Below, piece after piece: positions 61,184 through 64,000 of a stretch of 64,000 nt of DNA (its first letter is position 1; each line of letters opens with the position of its first letter). The notes under the pieces are model-generated. The model saw only the letters and a list, made by a program, of their open reading frames with translations, did not search any database and had not been told where the DNA came from. The position numbers and the translations under genes are program-made. The stretch is from Candidatus Krumholzibacteriia bacterium (GTDB taxonomy: Bacteria > Krumholzibacteriota > Krumholzibacteriia > G020349025), in the NCBI GenBank assembly GCA_035649275.1, contig DASRJW010000049.1:3018-67017 (forward strand). The letters are read 5' to 3'.

Positions 61184-61678
61184 GTGGAGAGAATCCTGTT
61201 CTACGCCTTCGGGGCGCTCGCGGTGCTCGGCTCCCTGTGGATGGTGACGCGGCGCAGTCCGCTCTCCAGCGCCTTGTCGCTGGTGGTGGTGTTCGTCGCC
61301 CTGGCGGCGATGTACGCGCTCCTCGACGCCCGGCTCCTCTTCGTGGTGCAGGTGTGGGTGTACGCCGGGGCGGTGATGGTGCTGGTGCTCTTCGTCATCA
61401 TGCTCCTCAACCTGCGGGAAGAGGAGTCGCGCGCCGCCGCGGCCAGCTGGGGCAAGTTCGTCCTCTGCGGCGCCCTCGCGGTGGCGCTGGCAACCAAGGC
61501 CTTCGGCGTCCTCGCCGGCGTTCTCGCCGTGCCGCCGCCGGTGTCCAAGGATTGGGGCGGGGTCGCCTCGGTGGCGGAGATCCTCTTCACCCGCTATCTC
61601 GTACCGTTCCAGATCGTCGGCGTGCTGCTGCTCGCCGTCGTCGTCGCCGTGGTGGCCCTGGCGAAGCGCGCGAGGTGA
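61184..61678 (+). CDS. nuoJ: NADH-quinone oxidoreductase subunit J
   Basis: [30 protein letters not shown]...A..Y.LL.A.....[21 protein letters not shown] start after GAGGAGG. Confidence 0.88.
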   Translation: MERILFYAFGALAVLGSLWMVTRRSPLSSALSLVVVFVALAAMYALLDARLLFVVQVWVYAGAVMVLVLFVIMLLNLREEESRAAAASWGKFVLCGALAVALATKAFGVLAGVLAVPPPVSKDWGGVASVAEILFTRYLVPFQIVGVLLLAVVVAVVALAKRAR

Positions 61679-61680
61679 AG

Positions 61681-61983
61681 ATGGTCGGCCTGCACGAATA
61701 CTTGATCTTGAGCGGTCTGCTCTTCCTCATCGGCGCCGTGGGCGTGCTCACCCGGAGCAACGGACTCATCCTGTTCATGTCCTTGGAGCTCATGCTGAAC
61801 GCGGTGAACCTGACCTTCGTGGCGTTTTCGCGCTACACCGGACGTCTCGATGGCCACGTCTTCGTCTTCCTGGTGACGGCGGTGGCGGCGGCGGAAGCCG
61901 CCGTGGGCCTGGCCATCTTCGTCAACCTCTTCCGGCTGCACCGCTCGGTGAACGTGGATCAGATGAACGCCATGGGGGACTAG
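61681..61983 (+). CDS. nuoK: NADH-quinone oxidoreductase subunit K
   Basis: ATG at 61681. [39 protein letters not shown]...G....VF.....[12 protein letters not shown]. 101 aa. Confidence 0.92.
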   Translation: MVGLHEYLILSGLLFLIGAVGVLTRSNGLILFMSLELMLNAVNLTFVAFSRYTGRLDGHVFVFLVTAVAAAEAAVGLAIFVNLFRLHRSVNVDQMNAMGD

Positions 61984-61984
61984 G

Positions 61985-64000
61985 GTGGAACGCACTTGGC
62001 TCTGGCTCATTCCGGCGGCGCCGCTCGCCACCAGCGCGCTGTGCGGTGCGGTCGCCCTCGCCTGGTGCCGGCGGACCGACCCGGCACCACGACGCCTGGT
62101 GGGTGTCGTGGCCTGTCTCGGGCCGGCGCTGTCCTTCGCTCTGGCGCTCCTCGCCTGGGCCGAGCTGCGCGGCCTCATGCCGCAGGGACGCTGGCTGTCG
62201 CAGACGCTCTGGCGCTGGCTCGAGTCGGGGGCCTTGCAGCTCGACATCGGCTTCGTTATCGACCCCTTGTCGTCGTTGATGTTGCTCTTCGTCACCGGCG
62301 TCGGCACTTTGATCCACGTCTACTCCACGGGATACATGCACGAGGATCGTGGCGTCGTCCGCTACTTCGCCTATCTCAATCTGTTCATGTTCGCCATGCT
62401 GGTGCTGGTGCTCGCCGACAGCCTGCCGCTCCTCTTCGTCGGCTGGGAGGGGGTCGGGCTCTGCTCCTATTTGCTCATCGGCTTCTGGTTCGAGGACCCC
62501 GCCAAGGCGGCGGCGGGCAAGAAAGCTTTCGTGGTCAACCGCATCGGCGATTTCGGCGTTCTCATCGCCATGTTCCTCATCTTCTGGACCCTGCAGGGCG
62601 CCGGGGCTCCAGGCCTCACCTTCGCCGCCATGCGCAATCATGTCGAGGCGTTCACTCCGGCCATCGCCACGACGATCTGCCTGCTCCTCTTCCTCGGCGC
62701 CGCGGGGAAATCGGCGCAGATCCCGCTCTACGTCTGGCTCCCCGACGCCATGGCCGGACCGACTCCGGTCTCCGCCCTCATCCACGCCGCCACCATGGTG
62801 ACCGCCGGCGTCTACATGGTGGCGCGCATGCACTTCCTCTTCGACCTGGCTCCGGTGGCGAGTACGACCGTGGCGGCGATCGGGGCGGCGACGGCGCTGC
62901 TGGCGGCGACGATCGCGGTGGCGCAGAACGATTTCAAGAAAGTGCTCGCCTATTCCACCGTGAGCCAGCTCGGCTACATGTTCGTCGGCGTCGGCGTCGG
63001 TGCCTACGGGGCGGGTGTTTTCCACGTCTTCACCCATGCCTTCTTCAAGGCTTGCCTGTTCCTCGGCTCGGGGGCAGTGATCCACGCTCTCCACGACGAG
63101 CAGGACATCCGCCGCATGGGCGGCTTGCGCCGCAAGATGCCGCTCACCTTCTGGACCTTCGTGATCGCCACCTTGGCGCTCGCGGGCTTGCCGCCGCTGG
63201 CGGGTTTCTTCAGCAAGGACCACATCCTGTGGGAAGCGTTGTCGCGGCCGAACCCGCTCTTGCCCTGGCTGCCGAGCGTGCTCTGGGCGGTGCTGGTGCT
63301 GGCCGCCCTGTGCACCGCCTTCTACATGTGGCGTCTGGTGTCGCTGGTGTTCCTGGGCAGCTTCCGCGGTGAGCAGCACACCTACGCCCACGCCCACGAG
63401 GCGCCTCCCAGCATGGCCATGCCGCTAGTACTACTCGCGATGGGGAGCCTCCTCGTCGGTTTCCTCGGCGTGCCCCACGCCCTCGGTGGGTCGAACCGGC
63501 TCGAGACCTGGCTGCACCCGAGCTTCGCCGTCGCCGGCAGCGCGGCGACGGAGCACGGGGCGACTACGGTGGCGAGCACTGCGGCAGGAGAAACGGCCCT
63601 GCACGAGAGCAGCGCGGCGCTGGCGGAGCACGCCGGCTCGGCGCCGCTCTCCGAGCCGGGAGCCATGGCGGTGGCGCTCGCGGCGGCGCTGCTCGGTCTC
63701 GGGCTCGGCTTCCAGCTCTATGCGCGCCGGCCGCAAACGGCTGCCGCCCTCGCCGGGCGGCTGCAGCCGCTGCAGCGCCTGCTCGCGGGGAAGTACTTCG
63801 TCGACGAGCTCTACGCCGCGGTGATCGTGCGACCCTTCCGGTTGCTCTCAGAGGCTCTCTGGCGTCTCGTGGACGTGCGCCTCATCGATGGGGTGATCAA
63901 CCTGCTCGGCGGGGTGACCCGGGCCTTCTCCTTCGTCTTCCGCTTCGCCCAGAGCGGTTACGTGCAGACCTACGCTTTCGTCGTCGTCCTGGGTGTGCTG
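61985..64000 (+). CDS. nuoL: NADH-quinone oxidoreductase subunit L (3'-partial, runs off the window)
   Basis: Absent from the ORF track because it has no stop in the window. My translation of this frame from the GTG at 61985 gives VERTWLWLIPAAPL... and later LLFVTGVGTLIHVYSTGYMHED..RYFAYLNLFMFAMLVLVLADSLPLLFVGWEGVGLCSYLLIGFWF....A...KAFVVNRIGDFG. Near the end it reads KYFVDELYAAVIVRPF. That frame carries no listed ORF after 62000, which is consistent with it staying open. Confidence 0.88.
   Translation, partial: MERTWLWLIPAAPLATSALCGAVALAWCRRTDPAPRRLVGVVACLGPALSFALALLAWAELRGLMPQGRWLSQTLWRWLESGALQLDIGFVIDPLSSLMLLFVTGVGTLIHVYSTGYMHEDRGVVRYFAYLNLFMFAMLVLVLADSLPLLFVGWEGVGLCSYLLIGFWFEDPAKAAAGKKAFVVNRIGDFGVLIAMFLIFWTLQGAGAPGLTFAAMRNHVEAFTPAIATTICLLLFLGAAGKSAQIPLYVWLPDAMAGPTPVSALIHAATMVTAGVYMVARMHFLFDLAPVASTTVAAIGAATALLAATIAVAQNDFKKVLAYSTVSQLGYMFVGVGVGAYGAGVFHVFTHAFFKACLFLGSGAVIHALHDEQDIRRMGGLRRKMPLTFWTFVIATLALAGLPPLAGFFSKDHILWEALSRPNPLLPWLPSVLWAVLVLAALCTAFYMWRLVSLVFLGSFRGEQHTYAHAHEAPPSMAMPLVLLAMGSLLVGFLGVPHALGGSNRLETWLHPSFAVAGSAATEHGATTVASTAAGETALHESSAALAEHAGSAPLSEPGAMAVALAAALLGLGLGFQLYARRPQTAAALAGRLQPLQRLLAGKYFVDELYAAVIVRPFRLLSEALWRLVDVRLIDGVINLLGGVTRAFSFVFRFAQSGYVQTYAFVVVLGVL

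Overview
High-GC (about 70% by eye) bacterial chromosomal segment that is almost entirely core housekeeping. I call 54 protein genes (52 on the + strand, 2 on the - strand), 5 tRNAs including a tRNA-Sec, and a type-A RNase P RNA. Order along the window: two secreted surface proteins (Ig-like-repeat lipoprotein, then an FN3 protein with a FlgD-Ig/T9SS-like C-terminal domain); deoxynucleoside kinase; outer-membrane protein with thrombospondin-type-3 repeats; mazG (-); polytopic membrane protein; uvrA; a signalling cassette (GAF histidine kinase, sensor-less histidine kinase, REC, REC-GGDEF-like); tRNA-Phe and tRNA-Thr; phosphohexomutase-glmS-ridA; tRNA-Sec; DUF5683-like protein; lepA-lepB-hemW; CIRCE-controlled hrcA-grpE-dnaK-dnaJ; yqeY-cvpA-mutS2; dnaG-rpoD; tRNA-Met and tRNA-Val; Zn-ribbon protein, RNase HI and rnpB; recJ-relA/spoT-dtd; orphan secreted protein; GT-C-like membrane protein (-); maf-mtnA-methyltransferase; rplM-rpsI; rpsB-tsf-pyrH-frr; then nuoA-B-CD-E-F-G-H-I-J-K-L, with nuoL running off the 3' end. 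Several blocks keep a Bacillus-like gene order. The FlgD-Ig C-terminal domain and the DUF5683-like protein suggest an FCB-superphylum-like or Gemmatimonadota-like uncultivated lineage, but that placement is only a guess. I found no transposase, integrase, phage gene, CRISPR array or recognisable defence island, and I cannot point to a convincing novel multi-gene system. The observations most worth follow-up are a Rex-like AT-rich palindrome just downstream of a near-consensus promoter in front of nuoA, a tRNA-Sec gene, a 140-nt inverted-repeat element after dnaJ, the uncharacterised surface-protein pair at the 5' end, a GGDDF-variant REC-GGDEF regulator, a mutS2 with no canonical start codon, and lineage-specific insertions in Dtd and NuoH. 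The many very long antisense and alternative-frame ORFs in the track are high-GC artefacts.
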